DNA of 64,000 bases, from IMG/VR virus record IMGVR_UViG_3300044712_000823, positions 1-64,000 of that record. One strand, 5' to 3'. Below the pieces are notes generated by a model, which did not search any database, was not told where the DNA came from, and worked only from the letters and a program-made list of their open reading frames with translations. This document shows positions 46,510 to 55,290 of this stretch, in pieces; position 1 is the stretch's first letter; every line of letters begins with the position of its first letter. Made by a program: the position numbers and the translations under genes. The DNA comes from a virus (taxonomy: Duplodnaviria; Heunggongvirae; Uroviricota; Caudoviricetes).

Positions 46510-46546
46510 CCATTCCATGATGAAAAACGAAACGAAAGGAAACCAG

Positions 46547-46813
46547 ATGACTTACACCCCCGCCCAAGCGGCTGCCCTCCGTCACGCTGAAGTGACCCTG
46601 ACTCGCATGGCTCAGGAAGCCGCCCTCCGCTACGCCGAGGCTCTGGTCAAGTACCATGCCACCCGTCGCTTCGAAAAGTCTGAGGTGGCCTCTGAGCGCC
46701 AGATGGCACGGGATGCATGGACCATGGTCCTCATCACTGCTGAGGATGTGAACCAAGCCGCTGAGTGCCAGGCTCAGCTCACCGGCAACCAAATTGTGAA
46801 GGAGCTTGCATAA
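46547..46813 (+). CDS. Small alpha-helical protein (88 aa). Alternative leaderless start at 46517.
   Basis: AAAGGAAACCAG-ATG. Confidence 0.4.
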   Translation: MTYTPAQAAALRHAEVTLTRMAQEAALRYAEALVKYHATRRFEKSEVASERQMARDAWTMVLITAEDVNQAAECQAQLTGNQIVKELA

Positions 46814-46896
46814 TGAAAACTTTCGCAGTAGAACTGATCCAGGCAGCCATCCTGGCCACCCTTTTCTTCGGTCCCCTCTTCCTCTACATCCTCTGA
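46813..46896 (+). CDS. Hydrophobic micro-protein (27 aa).
   Basis: GAAGGAG-8-ATG. Single TM. Confidence 0.3.
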   Translation: MKTFAVELIQAAILATLFFGPLFLYIL

Positions 46897-46907
46897 AAGG
46901 TACTACC

Positions 46908-47117
46908 ATGGCAGCAACAGTCATTCCGGTTAAGGTCACGGACCGTAGGGTCCAGGAGCAATATGTGGTGGATGGTGCTCTGGTTACAATTTGCAAGCCA
47001 GCCAAGGCTCGGAAGTCGGAGAGGACTTGGAGAGGTGGCAGTAAGTGGTCAGTGGCTGGCTTGGGTGGTAAGGCACTGAGCCTGCGGAATGGCGGGCTGG
47101 CTAAGGCTAAAGGCTAA
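46908..47117 (+). CDS. Small basic protein (69 aa).
   Basis: GAAAGG-7-ATG. Confidence 0.4.
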   Translation: MAATVIPVKVTDRRVQEQYVVDGALVTICKPAKARKSERTWRGGSKWSVAGLGGKALSLRNGGLAKAKG

Positions 47118-47131
47118 GCCTAACACATTGG

Positions 47132-47160
47132 TACTAAAATTTGGACGGCAGTGTCCAAAA
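47132..47160 (-). terminator. Putative minus-strand terminator.
   Basis: UUGGAC-N6-GUCCAA hairpin followed by AUUUUAG. Confidence 0.35.
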
Positions 47161-47260
47161 ATTAAACCAATGTAAGTAATTTTCGCCTATGGCCCAAACT
47201 CGATTTTTCTGTTTTTTATTTTCTGGGGCCAAAACGCATTTTTCGAAATTTAGCACACCT

Positions 47261-47749
47261 CTAAATTTTTTCTCCGGACTCCAGCAGGTTTTCGAATTTT
47301 CCTGGAGGACTCTCCTGCGTATACTTTACATTGTTTAGCACGGGTCTGCCGTTCTCTGTCTTTCTGCACCACGGTATGTCTGTACGTACCACATAGGTCC
47401 ACTTATTGTAGTGCTGCATGAAGCTAATCATGTGCTGCGTACCTCTGGACTCTCCATCCCAAAATGCAATGAGTCCGTCTGCATAGACACCCATCTCTGC
47501 ATTCCGCATAGGACCCGCTTTCTTACCGTGGCGCTTCCAGTCGGCAGGAAAGAGCTTGACTGGAATGTTGCGCTCCTCTGCCCAACGTTCACCCAAGGAG
47601 TCAGCGCCTGCTGCACGGCCAGAAACAACCTCAGTAATGTGCAACCACGGTGGTATCGTTGCAAGGTAAGCCCTCAAATAATCATAATCATTAAAATCTC
47701 TGGATCCTGCAATGATTACTCTGCTCCGGCTGCTGCTTCTGCTGCTCAT
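47261..47749 (-). CDS. SLOG-superfamily (DprA/LOG-like) Rossmann nucleotide-binding protein.
   Basis: IIAGSRDF...VVSGRAAGAD...WDGESRGT motifs. Confidence 0.45.
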   Translation of the reverse strand: MSSRSSSRSRVIIAGSRDFNDYDYLRAYLATIPPWLHITEVVSGRAAGADSLGERWAEERNIPVKLFPADWKRHGKKAGPMRNAEMGVYADGLIAFWDGESRGTQHMISFMQHYNKWTYVVRTDIPWCRKTENGRPVLNNVKYTQESPPGKFENLLESGEKI

Positions 47750-47943
47750 TCTGGAATCATTCCCTGTGACTTAGCATAATAATAAATTGCGATACCGATG
47801 AGGTACAACACAACCTGCATCCAAAGACCGCGTGGGTTACCCCAGCTTCGGATGTTCCAAAGTACCCAAAGCATACCCAGTGCGAAACTGAATAGGTTTA
47901 GATGGAACGGGGAAATCGTCAGGAAATTCTCTAGTGTGTACAT
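47746..47943 (-). CDS. Small membrane protein.
   Basis: Two TM helices. Confidence 0.35.
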   Translation of the reverse strand: MYTLENFLTISPFHLNLFSFALGMLWVLWNIRSWGNPRGLWMQVVLYLIGIAIYYYAKSQGMIPE

Positions 47944-48034
47944 AGTCTCGGAGGCGCGGGGAGCGGGGAGTTCGCTCCGCTCAAAACTGTTAGTTAAGTT
48001 TCGCTAGTATAACACACAGGATGGAAAAGGCAAG

Positions 48035-48214
48035 TTACTTCTTGCGTTTCTTCGGTTTCTCTACGGATGCAATTGCTTCTCGGACTTCTTCTAGTAGCTT
48101 TTCGTCATCCCAGATAAGTTCTGTCTTACCGTTTTCGTGGGTAACTACGGTGAGGTGGTTACCCTTATTAATGATAGGATATTGTGCTGGTGCAGCTTTA
48201 GGTTTTTTGGGCAT
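48035..48214 (-). CDS. Small basic protein (59 aa).
   Basis: Start set at MPKKPK. Confidence 0.3.
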   Translation of the reverse strand: MPKKPKAAPAQYPIINKGNHLTVVTHENGKTELIWDDEKLLEEVREAIASVEKPKKRKK

Positions 48215-48348
48215 TTTCTTTTTCCTATTTAGATGGTGTAGAAAGTAAAAGGCATGTGAAAATGAAGGTACCGATTGACCACTCATATTCAATAATTAAG
48301 TATGCTGTACCTGCAAGCAGTAAGAAATTATACAGCAAACAAGCAATA

Positions 48349-48936
48349 CTAAGCACTAGGTGGTGAGTTGTCTTTTCCATACATTAACATCATTGCGTCA
48401 AAAATACAATCGTCAATCGGATTGTGCTTGGTGATATGGAGCTTGGAATCAAAGCCAGGATAGTCCACATCAGTGTATCCACGTTCAGTATTATAGAAGA
48501 TATCGATTGCAGTACGTACATCGCGCCAACGAGCGTAAGGGAAGATTGGATCAAGTCCCAACTGTTCTTCAATCGAATCTAACACAAGTTGATCTAGGTT
48601 ACCACGTGCCCATACATGGGACATTGGTTCCTTGAATTGGGAAGCCCATTCGCGCATACGTTCATATCCGACTTCAAACGACACATCTTCATCGGATGGG
48701 CGGAAGGATTTGTTTTTAACATTCGTGCATTGCTTCTTCCACCATTCAATCGTGGAAGGTGACATAGACCGTTTCAGGCGCTTGCGTTGTTCTTCTACAT
48801 CAAACTTCGCAAAGAATGCATTTGCGCGAAGGTCTTCATGTGAGGGTTTTTTGAGTGGATCAAAATGCACACATGCCATGGAAAGAATAATCGCATTAGA
48901 TTCTTTCCCTAGCGTTTCAACATCAAATACAAACAT
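48349..48936 (-). CDS. dexA: Exonuclease A (DexA).
   Basis: Similarity to T4 DexA (STIEWWKKQ...PSDEDVS). Confidence 0.75.
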   Translation of the reverse strand: MFVFDVETLGKESNAIILSMACVHFDPLKKPSHEDLRANAFFAKFDVEEQRKRLKRSMSPSTIEWWKKQCTNVKNKSFRPSDEDVSFEVGYERMREWASQFKEPMSHVWARGNLDQLVLDSIEEQLGLDPIFPYARWRDVRTAIDIFYNTERGYTDVDYPGFDSKLHITKHNPIDDCIFDAMMLMYGKDNSPPSA

Positions 48937-49133
48937 TATGCGTCGGATAGGTCAAATTTAAAGATACCTGCAACACCATTGTAATGCACATCAACCACAA
49001 CATCAACGGTATAACCGGATACACCGACACCGTTCGGGTTCGTGGCAATTGTTACATCATCAACATCTGGAAATTTCTCCAGAGTTTGCATGATTTTGTC
49101 CAGTTCATCTTTTTTAAGCTTGATCGCTGCCAT
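48936..49133 (-). CDS. Hypothetical small protein.
   Basis: ORF. Confidence 0.3.
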   Translation of the reverse strand: MAAIKLKKDELDKIMQTLEKFPDVDDVTIATNPNGVGVSGYTVDVVVDVHYNGVAGIFKFDLSDA

Positions 49134-49268
49134 CTTTCACTCCATTCTTACAATAATTATATAATTTCACAATATACGAAAATTCTGTTGGACAATGTTC
49201 CGGATCAGGAAGATTATCACCATACATTTCGATTAGATCATTTACAATGATTTCAATTTCTTCACTGG

Positions 49269-49616
49269 TCATTTCATATTAACTTGTCGTAGAACCTTGA
49301 TATTTGAATCTGGTGCAAGATATGCATACACTCTAACAATTTGATCTGCCGTTTGGAGATCCTTGACCGTGGTAAAATTCACTAGACCTTTTTCAATGAT
49401 TGCACCAACCAACTTCAAAGTGACACGGTGTCGAACTTGGTCTTTCCATGCTTCACTGTCTATGTTGGACATGTACTCATATTCATTAATACGCATTTCG
49501 GAGAAAACTAACTTACCACCAATGGCAAATTCTTTAATCTCCAAATTCATGTCAACGTCAAAAGGATCGGATGCTATCTGAAACTTATTGAAATTAGTCG
49601 GGTTTGTTGTAGACAT
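49269..49616 (-). CDS. Hypothetical protein.
   Basis: ORF. Confidence 0.35.
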   Translation of the reverse strand: MSTTNPTNFNKFQIASDPFDVDMNLEIKEFAIGGKLVFSEMRINEYEYMSNIDSEAWKDQVRHRVTLKLVGAIIEKGLVNFTTVKDLQTADQIVRVYAYLAPDSNIKVLRQVNMK

Positions 49617-49830
49617 TAAGTATACTCTCTTTCACAATAACTTTACAATATTCTAAATTAGCTTCATCATAGGTCGTAAACGTTTTGTCCTTCAAATTCG
49701 TATTCTCAACGATATTCAAAATGTCCTGGATAATCAGATATGCAAACTCTTCCAGACGTTCATTGCTGCACATTTGAATTCTGGCTCTAATGGCCATTTC
49801 TAGTAGTCGTTTGTTCATCAGTCGATCCAT
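49594..49830 (-). CDS. Hypothetical protein.
   Basis: ORF. Confidence 0.3.
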   Translation of the reverse strand: MDRLMNKRLLEMAIRARIQMCSNERLEEFAYLIIQDILNIVENTNLKDKTFTTYDEANLEYCKVIVKESILNVYNKPD

Positions 49831-50213
49831 TCTAGTATTTCGAAATATTCGTTTACTCTACCCTTTGCATCATCTAAAGAAGTAGCTAAAACTTCTACGA
49901 CGAGTATATCATCTTCAAGGTGCATTGTAAATGGACAATCGTTTGCTTTTTTGGAAGAGATTAGGTCACCAATGTCTACTTTACCACATACTGTATAGAA
50001 CTTACCATTCTTTACACGATCCATTAAATTGTAAGTTTCATTATGTATTTCAATTACATCATCAAACCATTTTTCAGCTTCTTGTTGTGTGTCAAAATGA
50101 GGTGATAAAGTGGATCCGGAACTGGGATTAACCCAGAACCAGACAGCTTGTTCCATATTCGCTTGTCGATATTTTATTAAGTGTGCCTTGAATTGCTTCT
50201 TCTTTATCGTCAT
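49818..50213 (-). CDS. Hypothetical protein.
   Basis: ORF. Confidence 0.35.
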   Translation of the reverse strand: MTIKKKQFKAHLIKYRQANMEQAVWFWVNPSSGSTLSPHFDTQQEAEKWFDDVIEIHNETYNLMDRVKNGKFYTVCGKVDIGDLISSKKANDCPFTMHLEDDILVVEVLATSLDDAKGRVNEYFEILEWID

Positions 50214-50764
50214 GTTGGTTGTTTATCTTTTTTAGAGAAGAACAACTGTATGGAAAATCTAGGCACTGCATATGGACTAATTGGTGTCGTACAATGCCAT
50301 TCCATTTCAGTTGAAAGAATTGAACGATTGTATTTTGGAACAATGAATTGGCCATGTTGTGGCTTTACATCACCTTCCTGGAAGTTGTGGTCTGTCGTAA
50401 ATGCAAACCAACCACCCCAATTGGAATCCCATTCTCGGTTTAGATAAATCGAAAGTGCATTGTAGTCTCTATAATCGGCATGCCAATTCACGCAGGAATT
50501 GGGCATACCAATATAGAACAGCGTGGAACGAGACCACGGCGAATAATCAATTTTACCGCGACTCTGTAACTCATCATAGATTCTATCGCTCAGGTTTGCA
50601 GGCATGACACGGCTTAGAATAGTTCCAGCCGTGGCATACTTTAGCGATTCGACCCATTTAGTTTGGTTAGAAGCCCAAACATCACCTGCCTTAGTTTCAT
50701 CGTTCCATTTAAAAACATCCGAAATCAATTCTTCCGACAGTGTATCTTCATACAGATATAGCAT
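50210..50764 (-). CDS. 2OG-Fe(II) oxygenase-like protein.
   Basis: VNWHADYRD...ALSIYLN...WHCT (HxD...H). Confidence 0.5.
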   Translation of the reverse strand: MLYLYEDTLSEELISDVFKWNDETKAGDVWASNQTKWVESLKYATAGTILSRVMPANLSDRIYDELQSRGKIDYSPWSRSTLFYIGMPNSCVNWHADYRDYNALSIYLNREWDSNWGGWFAFTTDHNFQEGDVKPQHGQFIVPKYNRSILSTEMEWHCTTPISPYAVPRFSIQLFFSKKDKQPT

Positions 50765-52941
50765 TAAGCAATCATCCTAATAAAACGATTTAAAATAATA
50801 CGAGAGGAGATTTTACCTTCTGTATATTTAGAGAAGGCACTGACCAAGCCCCTAGTGCTATTCGTATTAATTTTCATTTCTTCTTCTTCAGTTTCCATCG
50901 CAGTGGAACGAATGAGATAATATTCATCATATCCGAAATTCTCAATGATAAACACTTTTTCCTTTTTGAACTCATTCATTTTAGTATCTACGTCTTGACG
51001 TATTTTATGATAATCCTTATCAGTATAATCACCATAGATTTCCATAGCGGAACGAATACTACGTGAATCAGCAATGAAGAAACCCACTAAGTTACATTCT
51101 GCACGTTGTTTCAGCAACTGCAAAAGTGCCTTTGTTTGTTGTGCCGTATCACCACCATAACCACGTACAGGTTTAATCTCTACAGAAACTTTCGTTTTCG
51201 GATCACGAAGGAAAGGGCGCACAATGTTAGTCGGGCGGCAAGCAATTTGTTTCCTCATATTCGAAGAATAATCAACATAGCCATATCTTTCGGACAGGAA
51301 TGAACTTTCACCGTCAGTCAAGAATGCAGAATTAACAATTTGCAGTTTATTCGCTTTCTTGAATTCTGGAATAATATCAAATGCAGCAACGATTGCATGG
51401 TTCAAAGGAGTACCACCGAGAGAAAGTTGCGCGGGGATACTACAGTTCGTAGTCAGTTTGCGATAACCAGTGCCATAGTCCAAAAGAAAAGATGCCATTG
51501 TCACATATTCTTTTGCAGACATTCTGCTAGAAAGCAAATTCAACAAAGAAAAGTTATACACATGAAGATCACCGATCTTAGGCTTTTGAATCTTTATTGT
51601 CGAGTCCTTATACCATTGTGAGGTGAAGGCATAGACCTCGAAAGGAATATTTACCTTCTTGCAGAACATCACAAGATTCAGCAACTGCTTGACGGTAGAA
51701 TGAATATGATCCTGCATAGAACCAGACCAATCGATAAACATCACAAGACCATGTGATTTTCCATTAGGCACATTCGTGATACGCTTGAAGATATCATCGG
51801 TGAGTTGATAACTATGGATTTTATCCATGTTCAATTCACCAGTCTTGGCGACTCTTGCTCGACTTTGTTGGTCGGCGTTCTTGCGAAGTTCGAACTCTTT
51901 CACCAAATACGAAACAATTTTGTTCGTTTCATTTTTAAATTTAAGAAAATTGCTTTTCAGCTTAGCCGGATTATAAAAATCTGCAAATTCTTTCTTTTTA
52001 TTGTGAGACAGGAATGCAGATTCGACTTCACGAAACGGAATGATGACCTTATCCAGATTCAGTTTTGGGATTTCACTGTAGATACAGTCTTTTTTTCTGT
52101 CTTTGCTGTAGAGATCCTTTTCTCTTTCTCGGAAGCTTTTATCGGTTTTTGATTCGATTGATTGTTCCTCTGAGCCCATTGTGCCGGAAGAACCGGGCTT
52201 ACTCTTGTCACTTTCATTTCGCTTTCCTTCTTGTTTTTTCTTGTCGTCTTTTTCTTTGGATCCAGGTGCAGATTCGGCCGAGGTCTTCGACCCAGTTTCA
52301 TCTTCGCTATCTTGTTCCTCGGAATCATCACCTTCGCTGTCATCCGGAACAGCTTCTTCTTCTTTCTGCTCCTCGGGCTGCCGCTTCATTTCGGCTTTCA
52401 TGAATTCTTGGATTTTCTTGGCAACGATCACAACTTCATCCCAAGTTTCCGTAGATTCCACTTCTTCCAGAAGAACTTTTTCAGCATCGGAAAAAACAAT
52501 GTTGTGACTTGCGCCACCCTTTGTGTGCAAGTTAATACGGTCAATGAAATTCATGGCGTTAAGGTCTTTACCTTTGACACCAAAAAAGTCCATTTCCATA
52601 AGTTCTTGATAGCCTCGGACAAACGACAGCTTCAGACCAGGGAATTTACGTTTGATTTTTTTCTCAATACGCACATCTTCACAGACATTTAGAATGTCCT
52701 TGTTGACTTTGTGGTCGTATAGAGAATCATGCCAACCTTGAGCAGGTGTTTCCAGTGCATGACCGACTTCATGTCCAAGCAAAAGATCATAAAGATAGCT
52801 GGAAAGTGCGCCGTTCAAGATGGGAACGGTCAAAATCCGACTTTTAATGTCGAAAGATGCAGTCTGAACGTTTCGTTCTTCTACGGTGAGATTTTCCGTA
52901 GCCATCAGACGAGCCAAATTTGATTTTGCTTCAAGTAACAT
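50764..52941 (-). CDS. cobT: CobT-like vWA-domain protein with N-terminal HExxH motif and central acidic region.
   Basis: C-terminal MIDAS (MFIDWSGSM). Acidic D/E/S stretch. N-terminal LLGHEVGHALE. Confidence 0.6.
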   Translation of the reverse strand: MLLEAKSNLARLMATENLTVEERNVQTASFDIKSRILTVPILNGALSSYLYDLLLGHEVGHALETPAQGWHDSLYDHKVNKDILNVCEDVRIEKKIKRKFPGLKLSFVRGYQELMEMDFFGVKGKDLNAMNFIDRINLHTKGGASHNIVFSDAEKVLLEEVESTETWDEVVIVAKKIQEFMKAEMKRQPEEQKEEEAVPDDSEGDDSEEQDSEDETGSKTSAESAPGSKEKDDKKKQEGKRNESDKSKPGSSGTMGSEEQSIESKTDKSFREREKDLYSKDRKKDCIYSEIPKLNLDKVIIPFREVESAFLSHNKKKEFADFYNPAKLKSNFLKFKNETNKIVSYLVKEFELRKNADQQSRARVAKTGELNMDKIHSYQLTDDIFKRITNVPNGKSHGLVMFIDWSGSMQDHIHSTVKQLLNLVMFCKKVNIPFEVYAFTSQWYKDSTIKIQKPKIGDLHVYNFSLLNLLSSRMSAKEYVTMASFLLDYGTGYRKLTTNCSIPAQLSLGGTPLNHAIVAAFDIIPEFKKANKLQIVNSAFLTDGESSFLSERYGYVDYSSNMRKQIACRPTNIVRPFLRDPKTKVSVEIKPVRGYGGDTAQQTKALLQLLKQRAECNLVGFFIADSRSIRSAMEIYGDYTDKDYHKIRQDVDTKMNEFKKEKVFIIENFGYDEYYLIRSTAMETEEEEMKINTNSTRGLVSAFSKYTEGKISSRIILNRFIRMIA

Positions 52942-53012
52942 GTGTGTTTCCGTTCAAAAATTTCTTTGTAGAACGTATTTTAACTTATTTTTTAGAAATA
53001 ATCAAGTTTCCA

Positions 53013-53225
53013 TCACCGGAAATAGACAAATCCCAAGGTATCGCCGACTTTCCAGCCTTGTGTTTCACAAAAACCTTCAGGAAAATTCAAAATTCTGTCG
53101 CCGGAGCCATCCTTAGTATCCTCGATGGTTGCATAAATCTTAGGATTGACCCAATTATGCACAACTTTAGACAATTCTGCGTGCCAAGAGATAATTTCAT
53201 CGTTTTCAGGCGTGGTCATAGACAT
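53013..53225 (-). CDS. Hypothetical small protein.
   Basis: ORF. Confidence 0.3.
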   Translation of the reverse strand: MSMTTPENDEIISWHAELSKVVHNWVNPKIYATIEDTKDGSGDRILNFPEGFCETQGWKVGDTLGFVYFR

Positions 53226-53334
53226 CCTTTCGATGTTTTGGTTGTCGTTGATATTTTGTTTCGATTTTATGACGAGAAACCGGTTTTATCGGCGTTCGAC
53301 ACACAGGTTTAGACAGATTTAATTTAATTTTCAT

Positions 53335-53664
53335 TTAACGCCTCATATTGGAAATGTCTACAGCATCCATGTTGTTAAAAACAGGAACAGCATTTGATTT
53401 GTGTAGTGTAGCGATACCGATCATTTTGTCACCGGTATACACCTTACGTGGTGCAGCACCAGGCGCAACAAGGCCTGTATCAAGAGATTTGTATTTTTGC
53501 GTTTCACGGCCAGGCGGAGTATTTAACTTATAAACAAATCCTTGGTCACTGGACTTAATTTGTTTCTTTGGGTTATGCTTGGCCAACCAAGCTTCATATT
53601 CTTCGCGTTCCTTTTTGGGACGGAGTTTTTGCTTGGCTTTACGAATAGAAGTGTAAATCATCAT
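53335..53664 (-). CDS. Basic hypothetical protein.
   Basis: ORF. Confidence 0.35.
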   Translation of the reverse strand: MMIYTSIRKAKQKLRPKKEREEYEAWLAKHNPKKQIKSSDQGFVYKLNTPPGRETQKYKSLDTGLVAPGAAPRKVYTGDKMIGIATLHKSNAVPVFNNMDAVDISNMRR

Positions 53665-53732
53665 AAGGTTTTCTCCACAAGTTTTACTATTATAACTCAG
53701 GAGAAAACCAATGTCAACAAGTTGTTGTTTTT

Positions 53733-53939
53733 TTACATCTTGGCGTATTTTTTAGGTTTTTTGCTATATGAACCATCATAGCCATAGTTATCATCTTCAT
53801 AATCGCGCAGCCTCATTTTTTTAAGTTCTGCACTTTCACTTTTACGCTTTTTATTCTTGATGTAGTTTTTAGAATAGTCATATTCGTCATCGTCCATAAT
53901 ATGATCGCGTTGACGAAACTTACCAACAAATTTTGACAC
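53733..53939 (-). CDS. Small basic protein.
   Basis: ORF. Confidence 0.3.
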   Translation of the reverse strand: MSKFVGKFRQRDHIMDDDEYDYSKNYIKNKKRKSESAELKKMRLRDYEDDNYGYDGSYSKKPKKYAKM

Positions 53940-53990
53940 TTATTTAACTCCGATTTTACTTAATAAAAGTCTGAGCCGTTTGGACTTTAT

Positions 53991-54416
53991 TCACGGCACG
54001 ACACCTTCAGTGTTATCACGGATAAACTTATAAGTTAATCCTTTAACACCCAAATCTTTCTTAAAAATACCCATAATTACATCAGCTTCTCTAGGTTCAA
54101 GAGACTCTAACATAATCAATAATAGTTCTTCACGCTTTTGTTCACTCAGATTCTCTGCACTGGGATTACCTTCGAGGAAAAGATAAATCCTTCGCAGTTC
54201 TGCATTAATGTTTGAATATGAAACACCAGGCAATGTGTCTGGAGTTTTATATTTTTTCGGCTTGTCTTTCACCTTCCATTTAATGTCGGGATGATAAGCC
54301 AACTGAAGCACCTTCATTACTGTTGGTGTCCAGTTATTTCTGAGAACTTGCAACCTTTCTTGTTTGGTATTTGCGGCAGCAAATTCATCAAAAATTTCGT
54401 AAATGTTTTTAGCCAT
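53991..54416 (-). CDS. Hypothetical protein.
   Basis: ORF upstream of rnh. Confidence 0.35.
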   Translation of the reverse strand: MAKNIYEIFDEFAAANTKQERLQVLRNNWTPTVMKVLQLAYHPDIKWKVKDKPKKYKTPDTLPGVSYSNINAELRRIYLFLEGNPSAENLSEQKREELLLIMLESLEPREADVIMGIFKKDLGVKGLTYKFIRDNTEGVVP

Positions 54417-55282
54417 TAAAATTCCTCAATAACTTCCATTAGATTTTTAAGTTTCTTCTCCATGAAGTAATTCATAAGCTTCATGCGAGGAGCAGGTTTT
54501 GTATCATTATATGTAGCAATAATTGAATTTTTAATATCATCTGGAATATTTCTCAAATCAATTAGAGTTTGGTTGCGCGAGAAGCCAACACGTGCAGACT
54601 CATCTTCATAGTCGTTATATTCTTTCGACATAAAGTTGGTCATGCGGTTTTCAGTCAGAACCTTTTGGCGAACACCTCTGACGAATGTGTCACTAGGAGA
54701 CATAATGTTAGGAATACCATCACCAGCATCACCAGTGATAATTTTTTGTTTAAGTTCGATTAGTGGTTCTTTCGAAACAATATATTTTTTCTGCGTGGGA
54801 TTATATTGCTTGATGCTATGCTTCTCGTTTTTTCCATTGTACATTTGCAACTGCAAAAAGTCGCCGTCACTGGAAAGAATAAGAACATTTTCTTCGCGGA
54901 CTTTCATTGGTGCGAGTACACCAATAATATCATCAGCTTCCGCACCTTCAACGTCAATTACCCTATACGGGAAATAAACTTTGAGGTCTTCCTTGAGATT
55001 ACCAAGGATAGAGAAGATCATATTCCAGTCGAGACTGGAACTATCACGCGCTTTCTTGCGGTGCGCCTTGTAGAAAGGAAAGAAGTCTTTACGCCAATAT
55101 TTCCTATTGTCGCAACAAAGAACAACTTCGCCATATTCTGCTTTGAATTGCTTAACGTGACCGCGAAGGATGTTAAGTGCAATATGGCGAACCAAATCTT
55201 CCTCAAGCTTTACATTTTTTTGACCAGAAATTTGGACCATCAGACCGGCCAGCAAAACCTGGTTCAAATCAACAAGAATCAT
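54416..55282 (-). CDS. rnh: RNase H / FEN-family 5'-3' exonuclease.
   Basis: Similarity to T4 RNase H (VLCCDNRKYWRKDF...EADDIIGVL...ILSSDGDFLQL). Confidence 0.85.
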   Translation of the reverse strand: MILVDLNQVLLAGLMVQISGQKNVKLEEDLVRHIALNILRGHVKQFKAEYGEVVLCCDNRKYWRKDFFPFYKAHRKKARDSSSLDWNMIFSILGNLKEDLKVYFPYRVIDVEGAEADDIIGVLAPMKVREENVLILSSDGDFLQLQMYNGKNEKHSIKQYNPTQKKYIVSKEPLIELKQKIITGDAGDGIPNIMSPSDTFVRGVRQKVLTENRMTNFMSKEYNDYEDESARVGFSRNQTLIDLRNIPDDIKNSIIATYNDTKPAPRMKLMNYFMEKKLKNLMEVIEEF

Positions 55283-55290
55283 TTTAAACC

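Noticed and set aside
47276-47313. Another CTCCAG...CTGGAG stem-loop resembling the cassette hairpins.
   Set aside because: It lies inside the 3' coding region of the SLOG-domain gene, has an 18-nt loop and no adjacent promoter motif. It is probably coincidental.
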